A DNA stretch of 64,000 nucleotides, from the NCBI GenBank assembly GCA_963705535.1, contig CAVPJY010000012.1, positions 67,069 to 131,068 of the forward strand, in the 5' to 3' direction. Every line of letters starts with the position of its first letter. Position 1 is the stretch's first letter. The position numbers and the translations under genes are program-made. Below, piece after piece: positions 1 through 9,899 of the stretch. This stretch comes from an uncultured Actinomycetes bacterium (GTDB taxonomy: Bacteria; Actinomycetota; Thermoleophilia; Gaiellales; Gaiellaceae). Under the pieces are notes generated by a model, which worked only from the letters and a program-made list of their open reading frames with translations, did not search any database and was not told where the DNA came from.

Positions 1-686
1 GCCTCCTCGAGCCCTTCCACCAGGCGCAGCACCTTGCGGGCGGTCGGCTCGTCGGCGATCTCGACCGTCGTCTTGGGCACCATCGCAAGCTCGGCCGCCT
101 CGGCAGGAAAGCCCGCCTCCTCGAGCGCCGCTCGAACCGCTGCGAGGCTTTCCGGAGCGCTCGAGACCTCGTATGTGGACCCGTCGAGCGACACGTCGTC
201 GGCGCCCGCATCGGCTGCCGCGAGCAGCAGGGCCTCCTCGTCCGTGCCCTCCGCGCTGACGAGCACGAGTCCTCGGCGCTCGAACTGCCAGGCGACCGCT
301 CCTGTCGCCCCGAGATTGCCGCCGTGCTTCGCGAACAGGTGGCGCACATCGGATGCCGTGCGGTTGCGGTTGTCGGTCAGCGCCTCGACGAGGACGGCGA
401 CGCCCTCCGGCCCGTAGCCCTCGTACACCACCGTCTCGAAGCTCGAGCCCTCCGCGTCCGCTCCCGCGCCCTTCGCGATCGCGCGCTCGATGTTGTCCTT
501 GGGCATCGAGTACGAGCGCGCCTTCTCGATCGCGTTCTGGAGCGCGAGGTTCGCGCCAGGGTCGGCTCCGCCTTCCTTCGCCGCGACGATGATCGCGCGC
601 GACAGCTTCGAGAAGAGCTTCCCGCGCTTCGCGTCCGCGGCGCCCTTCTTGTGCTTGATGCTCGACCACTTGCTATGCCCGGACAC
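1..686 (-). CDS. yebC: YebC/PmpR family DNA-binding regulator; the 3' end runs off the left edge
   Basis: Minus-strand translation from GTG at 684-686 reads VSGHSKWSSIKHKKGAADAKRGKLFSKL, the YebC N-terminal signature. The frame stays open to position 1 (...TVEIADEPTARKVLRLVEGLEE). The start overlaps the pdxT stop, and pdxS-pdxT-yebC order is typical. Confidence 0.85.
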   Translation of the reverse strand, partial: MSGHSKWSSIKHKKGAADAKRGKLFSKLSRAIIVAAKEGGADPGANLALQNAIEKARSYSMPKDNIERAIAKGAGADAEGSSFETVVYEGYGPEGVAVLVEALTDNRNRTASDVRHLFAKHGGNLGATGAVAWQFERRGLVLVSAEGTDEEALLLAAADAGADDVSLDGSTYEVSSAPESLAAVRAALEEAGFPAEAAELAMVPKTTVEIADEPTARKVLRLVEGLEE

Positions 687-1239
687 GCCGATCCTCCTCG
701 ACGAGCTCCAGGAACAGCTCGTGCACGCGCGGGTCGTCCGTCAGCTCCGGGTGGAACGCCGCGAGCAAGAGCCGCCCGTCGCGGACGAGCACGGGCTCGC
801 CGTCGAGCTCGCCCAGCACCTCGACGCCCGCGCCCGCCTCGCGGAGGCGGGGCGCGCGGATGAACACCCCGCGCAAGGGCGTCGGGTCGCCCGCGAGGCT
901 CACGTCCGCCTCGAAGCTCCTGACCTGACGGCCGTACGCGTTCCGGTCGACGACGATGTCCGCGAGCCCGAGGTGGTTCTGATCGAGGAGGATCATCCCC
1001 GCGCACGTGCCGAGGATCGGACCGTCGAACTCCGTGATCGCCTCGTCCAGCCCGTAGATCCGCGCGAGGCGCAGGATCGTGGTGGACTCTCCCCCCGGGA
1101 TCACGAGCCCATCCAGCCCGTCCAGCTCGTCCGGGAGCCGGACCTCGCTGACCTCGGCGCCGCGGCTCCGGAGCGCCTGGGCGTGCTCTCGGAACGCGCC
1201 CTGCAAGGCGAGCACCCCGATCCTCGGCGGCCTCTCCAT
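673..1239 (-). CDS. pdxT: Pyridoxal 5'-phosphate synthase glutaminase subunit PdxT
   Basis: ORF track 673..1239. Contains IGVLALQGAF, LVIPGGESTT, GTCAGMILL and AAFHPELT blocks of the class I amidotransferase PdxT. Lies directly downstream of pdxS. Confidence 0.95.
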   Translation of the reverse strand: MERPPRIGVLALQGAFREHAQALRSRGAEVSEVRLPDELDGLDGLVIPGGESTTILRLARIYGLDEAITEFDGPILGTCAGMILLDQNHLGLADIVVDRNAYGRQVRSFEADVSLAGDPTPLRGVFIRAPRLREAGAGVEVLGELDGEPVLVRDGRLLLAAFHPELTDDPRVHELFLELVEEDRRVRA

Positions 1240-1250
1240 CGAGAGGTGTG

Positions 1251-2135
1251 CTACCAGCCGCGTACCTCGAGCCGCTCGTCCTCCGGGAGCGAGCTCGCGG
1301 AGATCCCGACCATGGGCTGGCCGAGCCCCGTGGACACGTCGGCGAGCACCTTCGGGTCGTCGAAGTGCGTCGTCGCCTCGACGATCGCCTTCGCGCGCGT
1401 CTCCGGGTCGCCGGACTTGAAGATGCCCGAGCCGACGAACACGCCGTCGGCGCCGAGCTGCATGCAGAGCGACGCGTCGGCCGGTGTTGCGATGCCACCG
1501 GCGGTGAAGGTCACGACCGGCAGCCGTCCGTTCTCCGCGACCCAGTGCACGAGCTCGTACGGGGCGCGGTGCTCCTTCGCGGCCGCGTGCAGCTCGTCCT
1601 CACGCAGCGCACCCAGCTGCCGGATGGCGCCGAAGACGGCCCGCATGTGCGTGACCGCGTTCACGATGTCGCCCGTACCCGCCTCGCCCTTCGTGCGGAT
1701 CATCGCGGCGCCCTCGGAGATCCGCCGGAGCGCCTCGCCGAGGTTCGTCGCGCCGCACACGAACGGGACGGTGAACTGCCACTTGTCCACGTGGTGCTCG
1801 ACGTCGGCGGGCGTCAGCACCTCGGACTCGTCGATGTAGTCGACCTCGAGCGCCTCCAGGATCTGGGCCTCGGCGAAGTGCCCGATCCGGCACTTGGCCA
1901 TGACCGGGATGGAGACCGCCTCCTGGATCTCACGGATCTTCTGCGGGTCGCTCATGCGGGCGACGCCGCCGTCGCGCCGGATGTCCGCGGGGACACGCTC
2001 GAGCGCCATGACGGCGCAGGCCCCGGCGTCCTCCGCGATGCGCGCCTGCTCGGCGTCGACGACGTCCATGATGACGCCGCCCTTGAGCATCTCCGCGAGG
2101 CCGGTCTTGACCCGAAGCGTCCCGTACTCCGCCAC
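1251..2135 (-). CDS. pdxS: Pyridoxal 5'-phosphate synthase lyase subunit PdxS
   Basis: ORF 1251..2210 trimmed to the in-frame GTG at 2135 ([26 protein letters not shown]). Near-invariant PdxS blocks are present: [36 protein letters not shown]. Confidence 0.95.
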   Translation of the reverse strand: MAEYGTLRVKTGLAEMLKGGVIMDVVDAEQARIAEDAGACAVMALERVPADIRRDGGVARMSDPQKIREIQEAVSIPVMAKCRIGHFAEAQILEALEVDYIDESEVLTPADVEHHVDKWQFTVPFVCGATNLGEALRRISEGAAMIRTKGEAGTGDIVNAVTHMRAVFGAIRQLGALREDELHAAAKEHRAPYELVHWVAENGRLPVVTFTAGGIATPADASLCMQLGADGVFVGSGIFKSGDPETRAKAIVEATTHFDDPKVLADVSTGLGQPMVGISASSLPEDERLEVRGW

Positions 2136-2438
2136 GGGCTGAGTGTAGCCGCGCGCGACAGCTCGCCGGCCTGTGGATAGCCCGGACGTAGTTGTCCGAA
2201 ATTGCGGCATTCCGCCTGTGGAAATCCGCTGGAAAAGCTCGGCCGCGCTGGCGCGTGTGGCAGAGATACCGACTTACCGGCGCGACTCCTCTCCCCGCAG
2301 GCGATTCGCCTGGCCCGAAGTTGCGCCAACCTCGACAAGGGGCCCGCCCACCCGGGCCTCTTGTCATCTCAGGGCCCGGGATCTACGTCTCGAGACGTGA
2401 GAGCTACCCGCATCCGGCGCATGCGGCTGTCGTCGGCG

Positions 2439-3614
2439 TCACTCCTCCGGAGGCTCGTCGCGCCGGTCCGGCGGAAGACGGCGAGGAGGCCCGCCGCCGC
2501 CGCGCGCGTCCTCGGCTCGCTCTGCCTGCTTCTGCTCGCGCTTCTCCCGCCGCTGCTCGCTCATCTCGTCCTTCTTCACCTTCGCTTCGCCGTACGACTC
2601 CTTCACGAGCTGCGTGCCCCCGCTCCAGCCGAACACCAGGCAGACCAGCAGGATCGCGAAGCCCGTGTTGAAGGCGGTCGTGATGAGCTGCTGTCCCGTC
2701 GAGTAGGCGGTCGCCGTCGCCGGGTCGGTGTAGCTGTCGAGCGCGAAGGTGTTGAAGGCCTGGTTGACCCCGACGCCCCCGGGCGTGAACGAGAGCAGGT
2801 TGGCCAGCTGGTTCGAGCCGAGCACGCTCATCACCGAGCCGAACGTGACCGGAATCCCGTACGCCGCCAGGAAGACCATGATCACGCCGACCTTCGCCGC
2901 GTACCCGCCCATCTGCGGAAGGAGGACCCACTTCACGTACGCGCCGAGGTCGCCGAGGATCGCCGCCCCCTGCTTCGCCTTCGCCCACATGACCTTGAAC
3001 CAGCGCCAGAAGACACGCACGAGCAGCACGACGAGGAAGATGCCGCCGGCGACGATCCCGAGCGTGAGCAGCGGATGGTTCTGGAGCGCGTCGCGCTCGT
3101 TCCCGAACTGGAACTCGAACGAGCCCGCCACCTGCGAGAAGAGGTAGACGTAGATGAGCGTTCCGATGATGAGGTAGAAGATCTTCTGGACCACGTAGCC
3201 GGCGAGGACACCCGGGAACGTCGATCCCTGCACGACGGCCACGAACATGAGGAGCGTGACGAAGGTGCCCATGTTCGCCGGCACGTAGTTGTTCAGCGCG
3301 ACGCCGGCGGCATAGGACGCCAGCACGGGCATGAAGGTGACCCCGCCCGGGTAGGCGTAGCGGAGGATCCCGTACCAGCCGAGCGCGGTGAGCACCGTCT
3401 GGGCTCCCTGGAGCAGGCAGCCGAGCACGACGTAGCGAAGCGAGATGTCGGTGACCGCGCTCCAGAGCTCCTCGAGCCAGCCCCAGACGTCGACCCCGGC
3501 GAGCCGCAGGGCGACGAGGAGCGCGAGGATCCCGACGATCCACGCGGCGATGCGAACGAATCGCCTCTTCGGGCTCTCCGGCGTCGCTGCAGGTTCGAGG
3601 GCTACCTCACCCAT
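2439..3614 (-). CDS. Flippase-like (UPF0104 / LPG-synthase TM region) family membrane protein with a K/E-rich C-terminal tail
   Basis: ORF track. Multi-pass hydrophobic protein whose N-terminus (RRFVRIAAWIVGILALLVALRLAGVD...LRYVVLGCLLQ) resembles the UPF0104 family. A paralog lies at 27964..29025. Confidence 0.7.
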   Translation of the reverse strand: MGEVALEPAATPESPKRRFVRIAAWIVGILALLVALRLAGVDVWGWLEELWSAVTDISLRYVVLGCLLQGAQTVLTALGWYGILRYAYPGGVTFMPVLASYAAGVALNNYVPANMGTFVTLLMFVAVVQGSTFPGVLAGYVVQKIFYLIIGTLIYVYLFSQVAGSFEFQFGNERDALQNHPLLTLGIVAGGIFLVVLLVRVFWRWFKVMWAKAKQGAAILGDLGAYVKWVLLPQMGGYAAKVGVIMVFLAAYGIPVTFGSVMSVLGSNQLANLLSFTPGGVGVNQAFNTFALDSYTDPATATAYSTGQQLITTAFNTGFAILLVCLVFGWSGGTQLVKESYGEAKVKKDEMSEQRREKREQKQAERAEDARGGGGPPRRLPPDRRDEPPEE

Positions 3615-3683
3615 CGGAGGGGAGCGTAACCACGACGGCGCCCGAAGGACAGCTGGTCACCCGGCCCGGGCGCGCGACCGCGC

Positions 3684-3971
3684 CTAGTACGAGCGAGAGC
3701 CGGAGTAGCGCGACTTCGCCGAGCGCGCGCTGTACGTCATGATGTCCAGCGCCACACCGATCGCGACGATCAGCCAGTCGGCGCCCTCGACACCCTCCGG
3801 GAAGGACCACGCGATCACGTAGAAGAGCGTCGTCCAGGGGAGGAGCAGCAGCCCGAGGAGCGGCCACACCCAGGTGTCGAACGCGGCGTCGACCTTGTCC
3901 CCGAAGATCCACCACGCGAGGAGCGCGATCCGCGGGCCGAGGCCGAGGGTCAGGAGCGCGAGACAGCACAT
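3684..3971 (-). CDS. Small integral membrane protein, hypothetical
   Basis: ORF track, 95 aa with 3 hydrophobic spans (LLAWWIFG, WPLLGLLLLPW, WLIVAIGVAL). No family recognised. Confidence 0.5.
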   Translation of the reverse strand: MCCLALLTLGLGPRIALLAWWIFGDKVDAAFDTWVWPLLGLLLLPWTTLFYVIAWSFPEGVEGADWLIVAIGVALDIMTYSARSAKSRYSGSRSY

Positions 3972-4020
3972 GCCTCGCGCACCCTCTCCTATCTAGCGCC
4001 GTGCGTCAAGCGAGGCACGG

Positions 4021-4692
4021 TCAGACGTTCACGAGGTCCGGCTGCCGCACGATCCGGATGTACGGCTTCGGCTCCTCCCAGCCCTCGGGCCAGATCTCCC
4101 GGGCCTCGTCGTTCGAGACGGACCCGGCGATGATGACGTCGTCGCCCTGCTTCCAGTTCACCGGGGTCGAGACCCGGTGCTCCGCCGTGAGCTGGAGCGA
4201 GTCGATCACACGTAGCACCTCGTCGAAGTTGCGCCCGGTCGTCATCGGGTACACGAGGATGAGCTTCACCTTCTTGTCGGGACCCACGACGAAGACGTTC
4301 CGCACGGTCTGGTTGTCGGCAGCCGTGCGGTCCTTGGCCTCGCCGCCGACCTCGGCGGGGAGCATCCCGTACATCTTCGAGACCTCGAAGCCCGCGTCGC
4401 CGATGATCGGGTAGTTGGGCGCGTAGCCCTGCGTCTCCTCGATGTCCTTGACCCAACCCTGGTGGTCGCCCGTCGAGTCGACGGACAGGCCCATGATCTT
4501 CACGTTCCGGCAATCGAACTCGGGCTTGATCTTCGCCATGTACCCGAGCTCCGTGGTGCACACCGGCGTGAAGTCCTTCGGGTGCGAGAACAGCACCGCC
4601 CACGAGTCGCCGATCCACTCGTGGAACCTGATCGTGCCTTCCGTGGTCTCGGCCGTGAAGTCCGGTGCGGTGTCGCCGATTCTCAGGCTCAT
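4021..4692 (-). CDS. 1-Cys peroxiredoxin (Prx6-type)
   Basis: ORF 4021..4722 trimmed to ATG at 4692 (MSLRIGDTAPDFTAETTEG...). Carries the catalytic motif FSHPKDFTPVCTTE. Confidence 0.9.
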   Translation of the reverse strand: MSLRIGDTAPDFTAETTEGTIRFHEWIGDSWAVLFSHPKDFTPVCTTELGYMAKIKPEFDCRNVKIMGLSVDSTGDHQGWVKDIEETQGYAPNYPIIGDAGFEVSKMYGMLPAEVGGEAKDRTAADNQTVRNVFVVGPDKKVKLILVYPMTTGRNFDEVLRVIDSLQLTAEHRVSTPVNWKQGDDVIIAGSVSNDEAREIWPEGWEEPKPYIRIVRQPDLVNV

Positions 4693-4921
4693 GTCGTCCT
4701 CCTCCGGGGCTGCAGGCCCCACGTCATGGGCGCGCGGGACCGCCCCGCACTCGAGTCACCCCTGTTCTCTAGACGGCTCAACGCGCGACGGTCTTCCGCT
4801 GTTCCCGGACGCGCACGGGGCACAGGTTTTCACATCGTCCGACGGGGTACCGAGACACCGGGGAGGGGCGCGACCGGCGGACTGGCACGTCGGGAGCCCC
4901 TTCTCCACCCGCACTCGCGTC

Positions 4922-5962
4922 TCATGCGGACGAGCCTGCCAGGAACGCCTCCAGACGACTCTTCTCCTGCTCGAGCTCGCGGCCCGCCGAGCGTGCCAAG
5001 GGCGCGAACGACTCGACGGCGACGCGCCCGTCCTCCGCGCTCCAGGTGCCGGCGACGAGCCCGTCGACCAGGAACGTCCGGGCGACGTCGCCGTTCATGC
5101 GGATCACATTCTTCCTGTGCTCCTCCGGGAGCAGGCGCGTCCGGTCCGTCCACGCGAGCAGCACGTTGTCCCACTTCGGGAGGAAGCGAACGGGCGCCGG
5201 CGTGTCGGCGCCCGGCAGCGGCCCGCGCAGGACGTCGAGGAGCTCGCGGCCCTGCTCGTCGCGGAAGTGGCGGAGCGGTTCGAGGCGCGCGAGCGCCCGG
5301 TCGATCTCGGGGACGTGCATCATGCTCCACGCGCCGATGTCACGGCGCGTCGCAGGCCCGAACGCGGCGAGGTAGCGGCTGAGGAGCTCAGCGCGTGCCT
5401 CGGTCGGGTCCTGCTCCTCGGGCTCGTCGAGTGCGACGAATCTGCTCTCCGGGGGCGCGCGCCAGAGCGCCGACTGGTGGTGGTGCACCAGGTGCCCGCT
5501 CACGCGTGCGGCGCGCCAGGCGCGGCGCGCCGCGACCCCGGTGAGCCCGTGCTCGCGCTCGAGATGTGCCAGCGCATCCGCTGTCCTCACCGGGCCCGAG
5601 TCAGCGAGCGCGCGCATCTCCGGCGCGAGGCGCTTCGCCTGGGCCGACTCCCACGGGAAGTTGGTCTCGCTCATGGCTGCCCGGAAGAGCGCGTAGTCGC
5701 GCCGCGTGACGAGGTGGAGCGTCTGCCGGATCACCGTCGCCCGGACCACGTCTCCTCGGCCGAGCTCGCGCTCGAGCGACGCCCGCCGGAAGCTCGTCGT
5801 CCGCGTCCAGATCCCGACGTACGGCGCCGACGGCGACTGCGCCTGCATCCCGACCAGGCGCTCGATCACGGTCTTCGGCGAGAGCCGCTTCCGTTCGAGC
5901 AGGAGCTGTCGCGCCAGCGTCGCGCGGTTCAGCTCACGCAACGTGAGGACGCGCTCGGCCAC
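4922..5962 (-). CDS. Winged-helix DNA glycosylase of the YcaQ/AlkZ family (interstrand crosslink repair)
   Basis: ORF track. N-terminus LTLRELNRATLARQLLLERKRL...VGMQAQ is typical of the YcaQ/AlkZ (DUF1006) family. Confidence 0.7.
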   Translation of the reverse strand: MAERVLTLRELNRATLARQLLLERKRLSPKTVIERLVGMQAQSPSAPYVGIWTRTTSFRRASLERELGRGDVVRATVIRQTLHLVTRRDYALFRAAMSETNFPWESAQAKRLAPEMRALADSGPVRTADALAHLEREHGLTGVAARRAWRAARVSGHLVHHHQSALWRAPPESRFVALDEPEEQDPTEARAELLSRYLAAFGPATRRDIGAWSMMHVPEIDRALARLEPLRHFRDEQGRELLDVLRGPLPGADTPAPVRFLPKWDNVLLAWTDRTRLLPEEHRKNVIRMNGDVARTFLVDGLVAGTWSAEDGRVAVESFAPLARSAGRELEQEKSRLEAFLAGSSA

Positions 5963-5983
5963 GTCGCCACGCTACCCGGGTCG

Positions 5984-6250
5984 TCAGTGCGGAGTCCGTC
6001 TCGACAGCCCGACGGCCATCTCGGCGAAGCGCTCGAGGCTCGGCTCTCCCTCGGCGAGGTACCGCTCGAGCCAGCGGAGCGCGGCCTTCTCGTACTTCGG
6101 AGATGCGCGCTCGGCATAGAGCTGCACGAGCTGGAGTGCGTCCCCGAGCGGCAGGTTCGGAAGCTCGCGAGCCGCGTCTTCCGCCATCCACAGCGCGCGG
6201 CGCTCGATCGCGCGACGGAACCGGGCATTCGCGCTGGGCTGGACGGTCAC
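5984..6250 (-). CDS. Hypothetical small protein
   Basis: 88-aa ORF immediately upstream of the YcaQ-like gene on the same strand. No motif recognised. Confidence 0.4.
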   Translation of the reverse strand: MTVQPSANARFRRAIERRALWMAEDAARELPNLPLGDALQLVQLYAERASPKYEKAALRWLERYLAEGEPSLERFAEMAVGLSRRTPH

Positions 6251-6349
6251 GAACGTATGTTCTCATGCCCGTAGTGGGCGCTGCTGCGCGGAGCTCGCGA
6301 CCGGGAGCGCCCGTCCGAATCAGGCGAGCGCTCCCGATCGCAGCGAGCC

Positions 6350-6778
6350 CTAGTAGTTGTACGTCTCCGTCACGAACTCGTCGTCGCCCGTGCTGAGCGA
6401 GTCCTCGTCGACGGCGATGAGGGCGTGCGAGCTGACGCTCGGCTCCGACACGTGGACGGTCGCGTTGCCCTTCCCGTTGGTCGTCATCTCGGCGTCCACC
6501 GTGAAGCAGTCCGCGCCGCCCTGGACGAGCCGGACCACGTACGTCGTGTTCGGCGTCTGCTTCTTCAGCGACACGGTCGCCGACACGCTGCCATCGGCTG
6601 AGGCGTTGATGACGGCGAATCCGAAGCCACCGGGAGCGCCGCTGATTACGCCGGAGCCGTCGCAGAGCGCGTTCCCGTCCGGGCCCAGAAGCTCGAACTT
6701 GTCCGCTCCTGCCGCCGCAGTTCCTGCCGCGATCGCTGCGACTACGACCGCTGCGAAGAACAGCCTTGCTGCCTTCAT
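6350..6778 (-). CDS. Secreted hypothetical protein
   Basis: ORF track. Signal-peptide-like N-terminus MKAARLFFAAVVVAAIAAGTAAAGA, followed by a Gly/Ser/Thr-rich beta-type sequence containing 2 Cys. Confidence 0.6.
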   Translation of the reverse strand: MKAARLFFAAVVVAAIAAGTAAAGADKFELLGPDGNALCDGSGVISGAPGGFGFAVINASADGSVSATVSLKKQTPNTTYVVRLVQGGADCFTVDAEMTTNGKGNATVHVSEPSVSSHALIAVDEDSLSTGDDEFVTETYNY

Positions 6779-7037
6779 GGAGCCTCCTGCCTGTCAGGCC
6801 CGAGATGGCGGCAAGTCCGCGGGCGATTCCCCTCGGTCGTCACGATCCTTATCCAGCGAGCGGGTGACTGGCTGTACCCCGCCTGGTTGATTTCGAGCTC
6901 GCGCGTCCCCCGCGCCTCGGGGTCGTCACACGCCTGTCTCCCAGGCCGTCGTACTTCGAGGCAGCGTCTATCGGGGTCGTCGCGGATGCCTCGACCGAGG
7001 CCGCCTGCGACTGTTGCATCTCGAAGGAGGTGTAGAA

Positions 7038-7310
7038 GTGTCGACCATTTCGCATCCGACCGAGGCTGCCTCGGAGAGACAGCATTGGTCAGCGCGACTC
7101 CTCGTCACGGAGATGTGGGCGTCCGTGGCGATCGCTGTCATGTGGATCGCTGTTGCCGTCAGCGCAGTGTGGGGCTCCGACTTCGTCTCCAGCAACGGCG
7201 GAGGGACGAACAGCACGGTCATCCCGACAGCAATCGCCATCTCGCTCTTCGCCGCGATCGGCACGTGGGCAGTCGCGAAGTACGGGTTCCCTCACCGCGA
7301 TCACGACTGA
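7038..7310 (+). CDS. Small membrane protein, hypothetical
   Basis: ORF 7014..7310. An in-frame GTG at 7038 is preceded by GAAGGAGG (7024-7030). Two hydrophobic helices: MWASVAIAVMWIAVAVSAVW and IPTAIAISLFAAIGTWAV. Confidence 0.45.
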   Translation: MSTISHPTEAASERQHWSARLLVTEMWASVAIAVMWIAVAVSAVWGSDFVSSNGGGTNSTVIPTAIAISLFAAIGTWAVAKYGFPHRDHD

Positions 7311-7778
7311 GCACCCGCTGCTGCTCGACCTTGCGCCAAGCTCGCGGTGATCTCCGCGAAAGCTGGAGCTAGCCTGGCCGCGACGGCCGTCGCGGCTCTC
7401 GATCACATCGGCACACGGTTCCTCGCGGAGGATGAACCTCGTACCCGAGGTTGACGTGGCTACTGTGATCGAGTCGCCTACGCCACCGATCGTCCCACCG
7501 GTGAGCGAGCACAGGAGGCGTCCGCCGCGTGCCGAAGCCAAGGGCGCGGCCGGGTCGGTCTTTGGCGTCCTCGTTCTTCTCCCCTCCCCTGGGGCGAGGA
7601 TGGGTTCCGGCCTGGTCGTTCCCGCTCTCGCTCACGGACACGAAACGACTGTCGCCATGGGCCAGGCGGCTAACCGGGCGAAGCGGCCGCTGCCGCACCG
7701 CGATAGCGCCGCCGCTCCGCCCGGCCCACCTCCCCCCTCTGAGAACGACGCGCGTCGTCCCGAAAACTTGCGCGGGAT

Positions 7779-8057
7779 CTACCCCGAACGCGGCGAGAGC
7801 TGGAAGCCGGCGATGCGGTGATCCTGCAAGAGCGAGACGTCGATGTACGCGATGTGCGGGTAAGGCAGAAAGATGAGGCGATCGTCGCGTGTGGCCAGCC
7901 TCGCCCCGTTTTCGACTGCTGTGAGCCGCAACGTGTCGAGTCGCTCCCCGTTGAGCGTCACGACCTCGAGCCGCACGTTCATGTCCTCGTGCTCCCGGCT
8001 GAACGCCCGGACGGTCTCGACGAAGTCCGCGCTGAAGAAGAAATCCGCGTCGAACAT
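7779..8057 (-). CDS. Hypothetical protein
   Basis: Distal part of ORF 7779..8261, from ATG at 8057 (MFDADFFFSADFVETVRAF...). The Arg-rich upstream part of the ORF looks non-coding. Confidence 0.4.
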   Translation of the reverse strand: MFDADFFFSADFVETVRAFSREHEDMNVRLEVVTLNGERLDTLRLTAVENGARLATRDDRLIFLPYPHIAYIDVSLLQDHRIAGFQLSPRSG

Positions 8058-8062
8058 GCTGC

Positions 8063-8245
8063 TCACGCAGTCGGAATTGCGAGTGAGCTCGGCGCGCCCA
8101 GACACTCGAGCAGCGTGGCAGTCGGCGCCACGCTCGTCTCCCCCGGTGCGGTCACGAGCGCCTCGCCGGGCTCGACGTTCGGCGCAGGGTGCTCGAGGAG
8201 GCCGAGATCGTGGCCGGCCGCCGACTGCACGCGGTAGGTCGGCAC
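8063..8245 (-). CDS. Possible 60-aa ORF (VPTYRVQSAAGHDLGLLEHPAPNVEPGE...)
   Basis: ORF track, with a GTG start. Its first 18 nt recur at 44082-44099 inside the ssrA islet. The stop is 6 nt before the start of the next ORF. Confidence 0.25.
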   Translation of the reverse strand: MPTYRVQSAAGHDLGLLEHPAPNVEPGEALVTAPGETSVAPTATLLECLGAPSSLAIPTA

Positions 8246-8779
8246 GGGCCGAGTCTGCCAAAAACGCGACGCGTTCGGTCGTCGCTAGACAGCGGAGACT
8301 CCGAAACCGCCGAGTCCGAGCTCGAGAGGTTGGCGGAGGTTTCTGTCCAGGACCTCGGCTCCATGGGAAGCAAGAACGGGACGTGCACGACTAGCTCCGA
8401 AGTGCCGGCACTCCGTCTCGGCGGCGTTGCGCCGGCCAGCCGTATGTCGCTCCGATAAAGGGGGAGCGCGGGCTCTTCGCCCCGGCGCTCCTAGTTGCGC
8501 GGCCCGCGCTAACGGGATTCATCCCCCTTTTGTCTGAGTGTCGGCACTACCTCGTGCGAGTCAACCCGATGGGGGTAGGGACAGCACAGCTCATCCCCGG
8601 CTGCGTATAGGCCCTGGACTCGAACGCCCCTGCAAATGGGCACACCTTCCGCTGCCGTGTATCACGGTGTATGGGCAGACCTGACGCCGTCCACCCTCCT
8701 CAGAGACCCGCGAGACGAAGCTGCCCCCTCTCGGGGACAGCCTCGCTCTCAGGGGGAGGGGTTGCTGCTGAGAAATGGA

Positions 8780-9064
8780 TCAGACGAGCGCCTTGAAGAA
8801 GACGTCCACCTTCTCTGCCGGGAAGGTCTCGGTCTTCACTACCTCCAGCATCCCGATCTTGGCGAGCACGCGGAACGCGGTCTCGTTGTCGGGGTACTTG
8901 ACGATGGCGAAGAAGTCATACGGTCCCATGACCGCCCAGACGTCCTCGAGGACGCCGCCCTCCTCGGTGATGATCGTCCTGATCTTCTCGAGGTACTTGG
9001 GGGCCTCGTGCAGTTTCTCCTGGCCCTCCTCGGTGAGACGAATCAATCCGACATATGTGAACAA
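8780..9064 (-). CDS. GYD domain-containing protein
   Basis: ORF 8780..9112. The likely start is TTG at 9064 (or GTG at 9067), just after GGAGG at 9071-9075. The sequence LFTYVGLIRLTEEGQEKLHEAPKYL...GPYDFFAIVKYPDNETA matches the GYD family pattern. Confidence 0.75.
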   Translation of the reverse strand: MFTYVGLIRLTEEGQEKLHEAPKYLEKIRTIITEEGGVLEDVWAVMGPYDFFAIVKYPDNETAFRVLAKIGMLEVVKTETFPAEKVDVFFKALV

Positions 9065-9331
9065 CACACACCTCCTTTCGGTGGTTGTTCGCTTCTCACC
9101 AGCCTCGCGCATCGCGGGCAGGAAGGCATCGGGGGACTCACTGACGAGCCCGCTGAAACCCGTGGACTAGCGGCCTGCGAGACGGAGATCGAGGTGCGCT
9201 GAGGATGCCGGCTAGGCGCGGGGGGCGTTCGAGACCGAGTACTGTCGAGGGCCGAAGCCTCGGCGACCCTTGGGTGAGGCACCACTCGAGGCGCCGCATT
9301 GCCGCGGCGCTCGAATTGCTCGGGTAGCCCG

Positions 9332-9749
9332 TCAGGAAGTCTTGCGAGCGCTCCAAGTGCCGCCGCGGTTTGCGCTCTTCCAGCGGCCAGACATCGACCT
9401 GCCCGAGACCGTACCCGTATAGGTCGCGCCGACACCGACGGCCCCAAATGAAGTCTCGCTGCCGTGCACGCTGCCCGAAATGGGGTACTTACCGCGTGGG
9501 GTTCGAGAGCTTGATCGTTCCGCGCAAGGTCGAGCCCGATTGCGTCCAGCGAAGCGTGAAGGTGCCCGATACAGCGCCGCTGTACCGCCCTGACCAGGTG
9601 CCGGCAAGCTTCGGCTCCGACTGATTCGAGGAGAAGGGCGTCGGAGCGGCGATCGAGGTGCTGCTGGAACAGACGACCAGAAGTGCTGCTGCGATCGAGA
9701 CAACAGGGATCACCCGGGCGATTCTGGGCTGACGAGAACGAGGTCGCAT
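9332..9749 (-). CDS. Secreted repeat protein, frame interrupted near 9490
   Basis: Signal peptide MRPRSRQPRIARVIPVVSIAAALLVVCSSSTSIAAP (ORF 9489..9812 from ATG at 9749). The sequence continues after skipping one base into ORF 9332.. (GKYPISGSVHGSETSFGAVGVGATYTGTVSGRSMSGRW). The GTWSGRYSG and GTVSGRSMSGRW motifs repeat across the break. Confidence 0.5.
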
Positions 9750-9899
9750 ACGTGTTCCCTCGATTTTGGCTGCTGGTCGTGCATACGCAACGTCGCAGCC
9801 GAAGCGAGACAATTCGGCTCAGTGAGCCACAGCACCTTACGCTTCGCGCCTCGAGCTCCCGCCCGTGTCGGCCGCCGGGTTGCGCCCGTCTAGCAGCAA

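Noticed and set aside
7311-7778. ORFs 7432..7821 (+), 7369..7698 (-) and 7089..7541 (-) in the gap after the small membrane protein gene
   Set aside because: They overlap one another, their compositions are Arg/Pro-rich, and there is no start context or recognisable motif. The region is left unannotated.
8189-8458. RiPP (class III lanthipeptide-like) precursor, because of a VSVQDL leader-like motif and an S/T/C-containing tail
   Set aside because: It has a single Cys and no SxxSxxxC pattern. No kinase/lyase/cyclase or transporter gene is nearby. Third-position GC is weaker than in real genes. It is kept only as part of the 8.06-8.78 kb observation.
8600-8640. A second tRNA or pseudo-tRNA, because of the TTCGAGTCCAGG T-loop-like string
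   Set aside because: The flanking bases do not form a T stem, acceptor stem or anticodon arm. Only a 13-nt match to the nearby tRNA is present.
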